Numbered from the stretch's first letter, positions 37,201-45,931 are shown. The stretch: DNA of 64,000 nt from an uncultured Anaerolineales bacterium (GCA_964438295.1 CAYTKR010000004.1:9849-73848), one strand, 5' to 3'. Made by a program: numbers and translations. Notes: generated by a model from the sequence alone, not told the origin.

Positions 37201-38255
37201 CCATCGATCAGAACGTCACCCATTATTCCACAGAACTAGTCGAGGCGAACGATAAGCAGCTAGTTCGGGTCGCCGGCCTGATCTCCCGTATCCGGCCTCA
37301 TACCACAAAAAAAGGCGCCCCCATGGGATTCGTTACCCTTGAAGATGTACAAGGGATGATCGACCTGGTGGTCTTCCCCAGGACTTGGGAGAAGTACCGT
37401 GATATCATCGATTTCGACGCCATTGTGATGGTCGATGGCAAAGTGGATGCCCAAGGTGCAGAGCCAAAAATACTTGTCGATCATTTCAGCACAGAGCTGA
37501 ATCATGTCACCCCTTTGGAGCAGACTTATCCTCCCTCTGCTGGACCATCCGGCCCAAGGTTTGGCGTGGCCCCAGGCCCTCAACCTGATATGCGCCCCCA
37601 GCCAGAGTCCACGCAATCTACCTCCCAAGAAAATGCCGCAGAGCCACCATCCTATGAACCCGATGCATGGGATGACGATGGCCTGCCTCCTCCTCCAGAT
37701 GCATTTCCAGATGATTGGGGTGAGACTAGCGGGATTCCTTTGGTGATTGCCGATGCACCCGCGGTAGATGAAGATATTGATGAGAAAACTGAGGATCCTC
37801 AAGAGACGGTATCACTGGTCGAAGAGGCCTTATCCTTAGCCCAAGAATTTCAAGAAGTGCAACAGTTACAGCAGTTGCAGGAAGTCATCGAGGAAGAAAC
37901 CGCGCTGGATTCAGCTTCATCCGATCCCGATCTCAAGGATGTGATTGCTGAACCGCCTCTTCCGGCGATCCAGCCCCTGCCCAAATTGGATGGTGACGAC
38001 GTCCACATGGTCACGGTCATTATGAGACCTTCATTGGGCCGCATCCGTGATAGTTTATTAATGCGCCGCATTTTTGGAAAGCTGATCAGCTACCCTGGTG
38101 TGGATCGCTTCGCTTTTCATATCTTCGAGGATGGGCGCGGCTACCTGCTGGACTTTCCTAATTACTCAACTCATCTGAACCCCGACTTGATCTCTGAATT
38201 GCATGCCCTGGTGGGAGAAGAAAATATCCGCATCGAAACGATCACTTTTCAATGA
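34242..38255 (+). CDS. dnaE: DNA polymerase III alpha subunit with an internal acidic insert and a C-terminal extension of about 250 aa
   Basis: PHP motif FVHLHTHTEYSLLDG, polymerase core (PDIDLDF, GLLKVDFLGL), and OB region. A P/E/D-rich segment and a final structured-looking ~75 aa follow. Confidence 0.95.
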   Translation: MSFVHLHTHTEYSLLDGFSNIKKLVQRAAELEMPALAITDHGTMFGAIDFYNAATDAGIKPVIGLEAYMAARRMTDRIAQYDKKSSHLLLLAQNQTGYQNLLKIASAAQLQGFYYFPRIDHEFLADHAEGLICTSGCMAAEIPRLINLGDLEGARTKLDWYYDVFGAENFYLELQEHEIPELHNINKALLELGPRYNARYVATNDVHYINPSDAELQDILLAVQTGSLLTDPKRMRMSDSTYYLKSAEEMSRIFAEVPEALTNTLLIAERCEVDLGFKGYRLPDFPVPEGYDTQSYLRELCERGLEWRYSSNAQNEVYQERLNYELEIIHTMGFDAYFLIVWDLCQYAKKQGIWYNARGSAAGSIVAYALEITLVDPIEHELIFERFLNPGRVSMPDIDLDFRDDRRAEMMEYTAHKYGDDKVAQIITFGTMKARAAIRDVGRVKDIPINEVDRIAKLIPAIPGKPVTIEQALETVPEFKQAYKSTAYIQDLIDTAMGMEGVVRNAGTHAAGVVVTDKPIIEYLPLHRPTGSAQDSPVKTVTQFEMSVIDEQGLLKVDFLGLSTLTVMARACDLIRERHGVKLNLNNIPLDNPETYELLGRGETAGVFQVEGAGMRRNLVQMKPKNLDHVIAMVALFRPGPMDFIPSYIKRMHGQEEIEYLHPELEPILGETYGITVYQEQIMYTAMNMAGYTASEADFLRKGVAKKKADVLLQQRNRFVGGAVENGVSEEVANKIFDNWEAFARYGFPKGHAADYGVIAVQTAYLKAHYPVEYMTALLSVELNNSDKVAAYVADCRRMGIDVLPPDINSSAWDFTIEDERLETEDGSEVDPRLDQSDDEESPDSGQSIRFGLGAVKNVGHGPVDTLLEARKEGPFDDLDDFIRRADLRKVGKRALECLIKVGALDVFGTRPALFDALDRIVSISSSYFAAADSGQMTMFGPGTGLDESIELPAFNAEVTRREQLDWERELIGLYVSDHPLSTVMEAIDQNVTHYSTELVEANDKQLVRVAGLISRIRPHTTKKGAPMGFVTLEDVQGMIDLVVFPRTWEKYRDIIDFDAIVMVDGKVDAQGAEPKILVDHFSTELNHVTPLEQTYPPSAGPSGPRFGVAPGPQPDMRPQPESTQSTSQENAAEPPSYEPDAWDDDGLPPPPDAFPDDWGETSGIPLVIADAPAVDEDIDEKTEDPQETVSLVEEALSLAQEFQEVQQLQQLQEVIEEETALDSASSDPDLKDVIAEPPLPAIQPLPKLDGDDVHMVTVIMRPSLGRIRDSLLMRRIFGKLISYPGVDRFAFHIFEDGRGYLLDFPNYSTHLNPDLISELHALVGEENIRIETITFQ

Positions 38256-38352
38256 CCCTAACATGTTCAGGGTACTCGGGCTGCTAAAAACAAGAAGACT
38301 CACCACGAAGACACGAAAACAGAAAGGGGGCAATTCGTGTCTTGATGTTTTT

Positions 38353-39177
38353 ATGGCAATATGTCTAGCATTCCCAATGCTCTTCGTGGCTTGCTCTTCC
38401 GTCTCTTCGGTCGAAGAAATTCCCGCAGAATCAATCTCAACCGTAGCTGCGACAAATGCATATCAGAATCATGATTGGTGGCAGCCTGCTCCAGAAACTT
38501 CTTGGCAGTGGCAGTTAAGTGGTGAGATCGATACATCCTTCGATGTAGCGATGTACGATATCGACCTCTTCGATGCACCTCAGCGCGTGATCGATGAGCT
38601 GCACGCTGCTGGACGAGTTGTGATCTGCTACTTCAGCGCCGGGAGTTGGGAAGATTGGCGCGAAGATGCGGGTGAATTTCCACCAGAGATCCTTGGCAGA
38701 GAACTCGAAGGTTGGCCAGATGAGAAATGGTTGGATATCCGTAGGGAAGATCTGTTAGCTTCGATCATCACAGCGCGTTTGGATCTCGCCGTTGCCAAAG
38801 GGTGTGATGGTGTCGAGCCAGACAATGTCGATGGGTACACCAACCAGAGCGGGTTTCCGCTCGAGTATCAGGATCAACTTGAATACAATATCTGGTTAGC
38901 TGAAGCTGCCCACACCCGCGGGTTGTCCATCGGTCTGAAAAACAATTTGGAACAAATCCCAGATTCAGTAGATCATTTTGATTGGGCACTCAATGAGGAA
39001 TGCTTTTTCTATGCTGAGTGCGAACTCTTGAATCCATTCATACAAGCTGGAAAAGCGGTTTTTGGGGTAGAATATGAACACCGCAGCGATGAGTTTTGTC
39101 CTTCCGCCAACGCCATGGATTTTGATTTTTTGGTAAAGAATTGGGACCTGGATTCCTGGCGGGAAGCTTGCCGCTGA
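38353..39177 (+). CDS. GH114-like endo-alpha-1,4-polygalactosaminidase family lipoprotein
   Basis: WQWQLSGEIDTSFDVAMYDIDLFD, VICYFSAGSWEDWR and EKWLDIR resemble Glyco_hydro_114. The lipobox is LFVAC-S. The start could also be 38263. Confidence 0.75.
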   Translation: MAICLAFPMLFVACSSVSSVEEIPAESISTVAATNAYQNHDWWQPAPETSWQWQLSGEIDTSFDVAMYDIDLFDAPQRVIDELHAAGRVVICYFSAGSWEDWREDAGEFPPEILGRELEGWPDEKWLDIRREDLLASIITARLDLAVAKGCDGVEPDNVDGYTNQSGFPLEYQDQLEYNIWLAEAAHTRGLSIGLKNNLEQIPDSVDHFDWALNEECFFYAECELLNPFIQAGKAVFGVEYEHRSDEFCPSANAMDFDFLVKNWDLDSWREACR

Positions 39178-39216
39178 CCAAATCTCTTATCCGTATCCAT
39201 TGCCAAAGGAAAAAAT

Positions 39217-39774
39217 ATGAAACGAAAACAAACCTTACTTCTATTAATGGTAACGCTATTGATTGCCAGCCTGGCATGTTCATTGGTTGGAGCTGCCGAG
39301 GAGGCTGTTGACGCACCTGAAGCGCCTGCAGCGGAATCCGATCCGGATACCGACCAAGAAGATACTGATGCTGGAGAGAGTCATTCAGATTCAGAAGAAG
39401 AGGGTGAAGACAGCCATTCTGATGATATTGACGCGGCTGACGCTGAAGAAGAAGCGGAAGACACCACCGAAGCAGATGCTGAAGCTCAGGACTATGATAC
39501 GGAGTTTCCGCTTCCTGCAGATGTGCAGAACTTCACCGGTGGCGGTGATCAGGTCAATTTTGCTACCAGCTTGAACGTTGAAGATTCAATCCAGTTCTAC
39601 CGCGATGCGCTTACTGCGCTGGGCTTGACTGAACGTACGCTTAATACTGCCATTACCGAAACCACGTTTAGCATGGTCTTCGATGGCCATGAAAACGGCG
39701 AAGCCATTGTTGTTCAAGGTGTCGATCTAGGCAACGGCACAACCAATATCAATATCCGCTTCGAGGATGTATAA
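39217..39774 (+). CDS. acidic lipoprotein, function unknown
   Basis: Signal/lipobox MKRKQTLLLLMVTLLIASLAC-S, a D/E-rich linker of about 80 aa, and a small C-terminal domain. Confidence 0.65.
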   Translation: MKRKQTLLLLMVTLLIASLACSLVGAAEEAVDAPEAPAAESDPDTDQEDTDAGESHSDSEEEGEDSHSDDIDAADAEEEAEDTTEADAEAQDYDTEFPLPADVQNFTGGGDQVNFATSLNVEDSIQFYRDALTALGLTERTLNTAITETTFSMVFDGHENGEAIVVQGVDLGNGTTNINIRFEDV

Positions 39775-39780
39775 TAACTA

Positions 39781-39809
39781 TTCCCCGGAAAATTAAAGTT
39801 TCCGGGGAA
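39781..39809 (+). terminator. intrinsic terminator
   Basis: TTCCCCGGAAA-(7 nt)-TTTCCGGGGAA, followed by a T-rich tract. Confidence 0.7.
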
Positions 39810-39831
39810 TTAATTATTGAAGGAGAATCAA

Positions 39832-40050
39832 ATGGTCAGCCAAGAACTCATTGAAATTTTACGCTGCCCTGCCTGCGTGCGGGACACAGAAGGATTACTG
39901 GAATACTACAAAGAAACCTGGTTCATTTGCCAGGACTGTGGGCGCAAGTACCCTGTTCGCGATGACATCCCAGTCATGTTGATCGATGAAGGTGATAAGT
40001 GGGTTGAGACCGCTAAAGACGATCTTCCCATTCCCCCACCAGAGAAATGA
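39832..40050 (+). CDS. Trm112-family zinc-ribbon protein
   Basis: LIEILRCPAC...CQDCGRKYPVRDDIPVML, with GAAGGAG upstream of the ATG at 39832. Confidence 0.8.
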   Translation: MVSQELIEILRCPACVRDTEGLLEYYKETWFICQDCGRKYPVRDDIPVMLIDEGDKWVETAKDDLPIPPPEK

Positions 40051-40057
40051 TTTTCGG

Positions 40058-40086
40058 GTAGTTGCCCAACACGGTTGGGCAACTAC
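40058..40086 (+). terminator. 13-bp stem hairpin after the Trm112-family gene
   Basis: GTAGTTGCCCAAC-acg-GTTGGGCAACTAC. Confidence 0.65.
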
Positions 40087-40136
40087 AGATTGATTTCCTT
40101 TAATCGCCAACGCGGGTCGCTTCCTACGCACTGGGT

Positions 40137-40715
40137 ATGCCTAATCTACAACCCATAATTTCCAAACTGACCAGTGGGGATGATGCCTTGGCTGAAGCTG
40201 CTGCGATAGAGATCGCTGCTTTCGGCAGTGAGGCGCTACCAGCATTGGAATCACTACTCGCCTCTGAAAATACAGACCTCCGCTGGTGGCTCACGCGTAC
40301 TTTGGCGCTGATCGCGGACCCTCGGGCATCAACTTTGCTCCTAGAGTCTCTTCAAGACGCAGATGTTGCAGTTCGTCAATGTGCTGCCCTGGCATTGAAA
40401 GAGCAACCCACTCCAGAAGCGATCCCAGCGCTTATCACCGCCCTTGATGACACAGATCGTCTGCTCTCACGTCTGGCAGGGGATGCGCTCATTGCACAGG
40501 GAGAGGCAGCGGTTCCGGCATTAATTGAAATCTTGGAAAAGGGGGGACAACGCCAACAAGGGGAAGCTGCTAGAGCCTTAGCTCTGATTGAGGATACGCG
40601 TGCCATCCCCGTGATGTTCGAAGTTTGGGAACGTGGTTCCATTTTGGTTCAGCATTGGATCGAGCAGGGTTTCGAACGAATGGGGGTGGGGATGACGTTT
40701 TATCATCCAGAATGA
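40137..40715 (+). CDS. HEAT-repeat (PBS-lyase-like) protein
   Basis: Repeated A.ALG.....A.P.L...L.D.D..VR helical repeats. Confidence 0.75.
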   Translation: MPNLQPIISKLTSGDDALAEAAAIEIAAFGSEALPALESLLASENTDLRWWLTRTLALIADPRASTLLLESLQDADVAVRQCAALALKEQPTPEAIPALITALDDTDRLLSRLAGDALIAQGEAAVPALIEILEKGGQRQQGEAARALALIEDTRAIPVMFEVWERGSILVQHWIEQGFERMGVGMTFYHPE

Positions 40716-40758
40716 GTAGAGACGCCCCACCGGGGCGTCTCTACTCATTCTGGATGAT
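40702..40758. repeat. 57-nt perfect palindrome (27-bp stem, 3-nt loop), REP-like with a GTAGAGACGCCCC core
   Basis: ATCATCCAGAATGAGTAGAGACGCCCC-acc-GGGGCGTCTCTACTCATTCTGGATGAT. The left arm contains the last codons and the stop of the HEAT gene. Confidence 0.7.
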
Positions 40759-40763
40759 TTATA

Positions 40764-40786
40764 GACGGCCATGAGGCCGTTTTTTT
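40764..40786 (+). terminator. canonical intrinsic terminator
   Basis: ACGGCC-atga-GGCCGT followed by TTTTTTG. Confidence 0.75.
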
Positions 40787-40787
40787 G

Positions 40788-41285
40788 TTACCCGATGAAT
40801 GCCCAAGCGGCCCAAACCCCGATCATGATCAACCCCAAGGCGAAGCGTGCCAAAAAAGACATTCCTAAACCCAACAGCAATCCGCGGACCACCTCTGTGG
40901 CTGCTTTACTGTCGCCCAGACGGCGGAATTCCATCAGGTAAAGGATCAAGGGGGCAGCGATGATGCCACCGATAGGGGGAAACACAAAGGTAAAGATCAC
41001 ACCCGCAACCAGTGCGGCGATGATCGAACTCCAAGAGGCGCCCTTCTCACGGGCTTTGGCCCCCATCAGCACGTTGTCCGCGCCGACGGCAACCAGCATC
41101 AGCAGCGTGATCAACGCGAACAACACGCCACCAAGGTTGCCAAACCCAAACACGATACCATATAGCAGAGCCGCGCTCCAAATGACGACATTGCCTGGGA
41201 AAATGGGAACGATCAGGCCTAATTGACCCACTGTCATGGTTAGGATGATAAGCACTAAAGATGTTGTTTCTAGCCAGGCGGGCAT
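40788..41285 (-). CDS. DUF456-like membrane protein
   Basis: 165 aa with four hydrophobic helices and Gly-rich motifs. Confidence 0.75.
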   Translation of the reverse strand: MPAWLETTSLVLIILTMTVGQLGLIVPIFPGNVVIWSAALLYGIVFGFGNLGGVLFALITLLMLVAVGADNVLMGAKAREKGASWSSIIAALVAGVIFTFVFPPIGGIIAAPLILYLMEFRRLGDSKAATEVVRGLLLGLGMSFLARFALGLIMIGVWAAWAFIG

Positions 41286-41304
41286 TATTTCTCCTTGGGC
41301 ATTA

Positions 41305-41339
41305 AGACCCTAGAGGATTTTGGAATCCTTTTAGGGTCT
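41305..41339. repeat. hairpin family AGACCCTAnAGG..CCTTTAGGGTCT, copy 1
   Basis: AGACCCTAGAGGATT-TTGG-AATCCTTTTAGGGTCT, 20 nt upstream of the DUF456 start. The second copy is at 53227-53260. Confidence 0.6.
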
Positions 41340-41382
41340 GATGATTTATTTTTATCAGGAGTTACGCACTTGAAGCGGATTG

Positions 41383-41427
41383 GGCTGGATAGGGGGTGGG
41401 GGCTACGCCCCCACCCCCTATCCAGCC
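41383..41427 (-). terminator. 21-bp perfect GC-rich hairpin downstream of serS
   Basis: GGCTGGATAGGGGGTGGGGGC-tac-GCCCCCACCCCCTATCCAGCC. Confidence 0.65.
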
Positions 41428-41493
41428 ATATTCTCGTTGGACTGCGTAAGTCCAATTTATATTGTATACGAAAACTTCGATCTGGAGTTGCTA

Positions 41494-42768
41494 TTATACC
41501 GGCTCAATCACCTCGATACCGCCCATCCAGTGGCGAAGGACCTCGGGGATGACCACGGAGCCGTCAGCCTGTTGGTAGTTCTCGATAATGGCAATCATCA
41601 CGCGTGGCAGCCCCAATCCGGACCCGTTGAGGGTGTGCAATAAGCGAGGCTTTCCACCCTCTTCAGGCCGGTAACGAATGTTAGCCCGGCGCGCCTGGAA
41701 GTCGGTCACGTTCGAGACGGAGGAAGCTTCCAGCCACTCTCCACAGCCTGCGGCCCAAACCTCGAGGTCGAATGTGATGCTAGCCCCAAAGCCCAGGTCA
41801 CCGGTGCAGAGCTGGTGTGTGCGATAAGGCAGCCCAAGCAGTTCGGCAGTTTCTTCGGCATCGGCGAACATCTTCTCGAAAGCCACAGGCGAATCTTCAG
41901 GCTTTGTGAACATGTACATCTCGACCTTGTCGAATTGGTGGCCGCGTTTGATGCCGCGCACATCGCGTCCGGCGCTCATTTTTTCTCGACGGAAGCAGGG
42001 CGTGTAAGCGGTGTAGTAAAGCGGCAGATCTTCTTCAGGGATGATCTCATCCATGTGGTAGCCGGTCAGCGGTACTTCGGCTGTGGGCACGAAGTACAGG
42101 TCTTCCTCGTGGTCTTTGTACAAGTTGTCGGCGAACTTTGGAAGTTGCCCGGCGCCAAAGACCGTATCTGTGCGCACCATGAAGGGAGTATATTTCTCGG
42201 TGTAGCCCTGTTTGATATGCAGGTCGAGCATGAAGGCGATCAGCGCTCGCTGCAGGCGGGCACCCGCGCCACTGAGTACGTAGAAGCGCGAGCCTGTGAT
42301 CTTGACGCCGCGCTCGAAATCCAGGATACCCAGCGCGGGCCCAAGGTCCCAGTGAGGCTTGGGTTCGAAGTCAAATTCGGGAATCTCGCCCGAGGTTTTC
42401 AGGACCACGTTCTCGCTTTCATCCAGCCCTAGGGGAGTCCGCTCGTCCGGTATGTTGGGCAGCGTGGACATGCCGGCATCCAGCGATGCCTGCACCTCCC
42501 GCAATTTTTCGTCGATGTGGCTGATCTTATCTCCTACAGCGCGCATCGCCTCGATCTTGGACTGCCGCTCATCGGCATCCTTCATCTTTCCGATCTCTTT
42601 TGAGACTTTGTTGCGCTCTGCTTTGAGAGCTTCCACTTCTTGAATCAGATCACGGCGCTGCGCGTCCAATTCAAGCACCTGTTCGACGGGTGCAGGGTCT
42701 TCCTGGCGCTTCTTCAGCGCCTCCCGTACGATGCTAGGGTTTTCGCGGATCAAGTTGATGTCTAACAT
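41494..42768 (-). CDS. serS: serine--tRNA ligase
   Basis: [11 protein letters not shown]..., coiled-coil arm, and class II motifs (FRRE, GSGL..R). The start was moved to the ATG at 42768, which has GGAGG 6 nt upstream. Confidence 0.95.
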   Translation of the reverse strand: MLDINLIRENPSIVREALKKRQEDPAPVEQVLELDAQRRDLIQEVEALKAERNKVSKEIGKMKDADERQSKIEAMRAVGDKISHIDEKLREVQASLDAGMSTLPNIPDERTPLGLDESENVVLKTSGEIPEFDFEPKPHWDLGPALGILDFERGVKITGSRFYVLSGAGARLQRALIAFMLDLHIKQGYTEKYTPFMVRTDTVFGAGQLPKFADNLYKDHEEDLYFVPTAEVPLTGYHMDEIIPEEDLPLYYTAYTPCFRREKMSAGRDVRGIKRGHQFDKVEMYMFTKPEDSPVAFEKMFADAEETAELLGLPYRTHQLCTGDLGFGASITFDLEVWAAGCGEWLEASSVSNVTDFQARRANIRYRPEEGGKPRLLHTLNGSGLGLPRVMIAIIENYQQADGSVVIPEVLRHWMGGIEVIEPV

Positions 42769-42923
42769 TTTGCACCTCCGGCACATTGTGGTTGGGATTG
42801 GATTTAGGCCGAGGCCTATTCCACAATGAGCGGCGATAGAGTATATTGATTTAAACACTCTATGCCCGTGCAGTTTTGAAATTCGTTTCAAAACTGTTAT
42901 GCTATTATTTTGAGCGTAGCTCC

Positions 42924-43288
42924 AAAATAATAGCCCCCCTCTCCGTGCAGGACGAGGGGGGCGCTCGTGGTGCCACCTGCTTTCTCCGCTCTTCCCCCTC
43001 TCCCTCTGGGAGAGGAAAGGGGTGAGGGCGAACTCAAACTCGCTCTAACGGGCGAACCCGGCTTCCTTCAGCCAAAAGTACTCCGTCCTTTTGGTTTGGC
43101 AATTTTTGCATCGCAAAAACTGCTGTAAAAAAGATTACCCCGTAATCTTTTGACTCTTCAGAAGCGATTCCCCAAGATGGGGGACGGAGGGGATTTCATC
43201 GTTTGGCCTGCCGCCTCACACCGACCGGCGGCTCTCTGAAAGGTTGGGCGATTACTTGTCTCCGTGCAGATCTTTTCGAGATCGGAAT
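42924..43288 (-). promoter_or_regulatory. T-box leader (tRNA-sensing riboswitch) of serS
   Basis: The minus strand carries AGAGAG and GGUGUGAG in the stem I region and AGUA/GAA S-turn elements. The T-box core is AGGUGGCACCACGAG (42964-42978). The terminator stem GCCCCCCUC/GAGGGGGGC (42933-42962) is followed by UAUUAUUUU. Confidence 0.7.
42994..43029 (-). repeat. REP-like element CCCTCACCCC-N-CCTCTCCC-N3-GGGAGAGG, copy 1 (inside the T-box leader)
   Basis: The minus strand reads CGCCCTCACCCCTTTCCTCTCCCAGAGGGAGAGGGGGAAG. It aligns with the element at 60493-60530. Confidence 0.6.
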
Positions 43289-43294
43289 GTTGCG

Positions 43295-43322
43295 ATTATA
43301 CCGAATGATGGCAGTGAGTCAA
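43295..43322 (-). promoter_or_regulatory. sigma70-type promoter of the serS T-box leader
   Basis: On the minus strand, TTGACT (43322-43317), a 16-nt spacer, then TATAAT (43300-43295). Confidence 0.5.
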
Positions 43323-44506
43323 GATTCGGCGAGATGTTTCTTCCCAAAGATCGCTGGCAGCAGAGGTAACGCCAGGATATTCAGCAACGCAAGTATTGCA
43401 AACGTCCAGCGGAAACCGACTGCGTCGGCGGAGATACCACTGATGGCCATTCCCGCACCTTGAGCCACATTGGTCACCGCCATTAGGATCGAGAACATCG
43501 AAGCGGCGATGCGCTTCTCAGTGTATTTCATCGCCAGAGCAAAGAAAACGGTCTGCTGGGTGCCGTAAGCCAAACCATACATGGCCACTAATGGCCAGGC
43601 CATGGCTGGACCGTTGATGAAGGCCAATAGCAGGATCCCAACCAAACCGACACCCATCGCCAGTAAAGTGGCGTTCTTCATCCCAATACGTCCATAGAGA
43701 CGGCCGCCAATTGCACCACCTAGAACTACACCGACTCCCCAAACAGTTGTGAAGTATCCTGCCATGCTCAAAGAGATGCCGAAGTCGGTTTGCAAGAAGG
43801 CATTTACCAATGGGTTGGCTCCCTGGATGATGAAGAAGAACAAGAATCCCAACAGCGCTAAGAAGATGACGGTCTTTTGTTTGAAGGCCGAAAAAGCGCT
43901 CCAATCGAATTCTTCTCCTGCGAGACGTTCTTCCTCCTTGACCCCAAGTACCAGGGGGATGGGTATTAAGGTAATCGCTGCCAGAGTCCAGAATACTGCC
44001 GCCCAGGAGACGTGCTCGGCTAATAGCCCCACCACGGAGGCCGTCACCACCACAGCTAGAGCGCGCCCGCCGACCATGAATCCCTGAATGGTACCTTGTT
44101 CTTCGGGAGGCGTCGTGTCTAATGCTAATCCATCGGTACAGGTGTCATAGAGCGCCATACCCATTTGGAGAATGAATGCCAGGGCAACAAAGCCCCAGTA
44201 ATATTCTGCAGGATCGACGAACGAAACCAGAATCAGGCAGATAACCTGAATTAGCAAACCTACTAGGATATAAGGTTTGCGGTGGCCCATGCCAAAAAGG
44301 TTGACGCGATCGCTGAGCATTCCTAGGAAGATCTTGAGCACGAATGGGAGCAGGGCGATGGAGGCAAAGATGCCTACATCGGTCATCGACAGGCCCCGCG
44401 ATAGGAAATAAAGCGCATTTAGGGCAGTGAAGTAACTTAGGATCGTGCCCTGGGTGAGGTACAACGAGCCGAACATGCCGTAACGTAGTGTTTTGTTGGT
44501 GTACAT
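43319..44506 (-). CDS. MFS transporter
   Basis: Twelve predicted TM helices and the MFS loop motif GMLSDR. I prefer the ATG at 44506, which has GGAGA 6 nt upstream. Confidence 0.85.
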   Translation of the reverse strand: MYTNKTLRYGMFGSLYLTQGTILSYFTALNALYFLSRGLSMTDVGIFASIALLPFVLKIFLGMLSDRVNLFGMGHRKPYILVGLLIQVICLILVSFVDPAEYYWGFVALAFILQMGMALYDTCTDGLALDTTPPEEQGTIQGFMVGGRALAVVVTASVVGLLAEHVSWAAVFWTLAAITLIPIPLVLGVKEEERLAGEEFDWSAFSAFKQKTVIFLALLGFLFFFIIQGANPLVNAFLQTDFGISLSMAGYFTTVWGVGVVLGGAIGGRLYGRIGMKNATLLAMGVGLVGILLLAFINGPAMAWPLVAMYGLAYGTQQTVFFALAMKYTEKRIAASMFSILMAVTNVAQGAGMAISGISADAVGFRWTFAILALLNILALPLLPAIFGKKHLAES

Positions 44507-44641
44507 GTGCATTCTCCGTTTATTTATGAGGAAAGTAGGCACCTAGGAAAACAGATTTGTTCAAGTTCTTCTTACCTATTACAGAAATTCTAGATTTTCC
44601 AGCTCTCCATGTTTCCTCAAAAATATGCTGAATTCTGATCT

Positions 44642-45913
44642 TCAAATTATATCTTTATTCAATCTCGGGGGAGTAGCCCAAAGCCCAGCGATGGACAGAC
44701 CAAACAGGATTATGGCGATGACGAACAAGGAGATGAAAAAATCTCCACTTTGATCGTAAGACACACCCATCAGGAAAGGGCCGATGCTGCTTCCTGCGAC
44801 GGCTGCGGTCCAGACGCTGCCGCGGATCTTGCCCAGGTGCTCGCGCCCGAAATAGCGCACCCAGACGGTATTGCCCAGCCCGCCGAAAAGACCCTGCGCC
44901 ATGCCCAGGATGATGGTATACACCAAAACAACAGAGCCAACCGGAACGTAGAGCAGTGTGCCAACAGCTACGCCGTACAACCCTAGTGCACCGAAGGCCA
45001 TCCAGCGAAGTTGCACCCGGTCAGCAATTAGGCCACCTATGATCTGGAAGATGGCTGAAGCCACCATTAGGATGGTATAGCTGGCGGCGGCTTGCTGTTC
45101 GGTGAGGCCTTTGGCGGTGAAGATGGGCAGCAAATTGAAGGTGATCGCCGTGGCGATCGCGGCCCAAGCGAACCAGGATAGGGTCAAGATCCAATAAGCG
45201 CGTGTGTGCAGGGCAGCTTTGAGCGTGAGTTCGTTCTGGGATAGTTTACCGGATGCAGCTTGGTTCGATTTTATGGGGCTATCCCCATCGATGTTCTGCC
45301 CAATTTCCTCGGGGCGATTGATGTAGAAGATGTAGACCAATGGCATTAAGACCGCGAACACCGTGACTCCAGCCAGTAGATATGTGGTCCGCCAACCGAT
45401 CTGGCTGATCAGGGCTAATATCCCTATGGGCACCAGGCCGATCATCAGATTGAGGGCCACATTTTTGATCCCCGATACAGTGCCCAGCTTGTCCCGAAAC
45501 CACATCGGTAGCATATTAACCGAAAGCAGTTCCAAAGCTCCCTGTCCGAACATGCGCAAGAAGAGGAAGGCGAAGAAAAGCATCGGCAGACTTCTAACCT
45601 GCGAGATGAAAACACAGGCCAGGCTGACCAGACTGATGATCAAGAAGAGCATCTTGCGGATGCCTACGCGATCAGCCCACTGACCGATATACGATTGGGG
45701 CAGGGAGGCTAGCACAGTTCCGAGCATATAGGCACCGGTAAGCTGGCTCAAGCTGAGGTCAAGTGCTGCTCTTAGCGACGGATTGAAGACAGAGACCATG
45801 TAGGTCTGGCCGGGGCTGGTGAAGAATGCCGCCAGGGTGGAGATGGGCAGGATGATCCAGCCGTAATAAAAGTTGGTTCGCTTGGCGAACCAGTGATTGT
45901 TTGTTGATATCAT
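44642..45913 (-). CDS. MFS transporter
   Basis: Twelve predicted TM helices and the motif GQWADRVGIRK. Confidence 0.85.
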   Translation of the reverse strand: MISTNNHWFAKRTNFYYGWIILPISTLAAFFTSPGQTYMVSVFNPSLRAALDLSLSQLTGAYMLGTVLASLPQSYIGQWADRVGIRKMLFLIISLVSLACVFISQVRSLPMLFFAFLFLRMFGQGALELLSVNMLPMWFRDKLGTVSGIKNVALNLMIGLVPIGILALISQIGWRTTYLLAGVTVFAVLMPLVYIFYINRPEEIGQNIDGDSPIKSNQAASGKLSQNELTLKAALHTRAYWILTLSWFAWAAIATAITFNLLPIFTAKGLTEQQAAASYTILMVASAIFQIIGGLIADRVQLRWMAFGALGLYGVAVGTLLYVPVGSVVLVYTIILGMAQGLFGGLGNTVWVRYFGREHLGKIRGSVWTAAVAGSSIGPFLMGVSYDQSGDFFISLFVIAIILFGLSIAGLWATPPRLNKDII

Positions 45914-45931
45914 GTGGATATATTTTGGGCA

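Noticed and set aside
41295-41643. Small plus-strand ORFs (41295-41552, 41380-41643) between the DUF456 gene and serS.
   Set aside because: They are translations of the GC-rich hairpins and of the antisense of the serS 3' end, and there is no coding signal.
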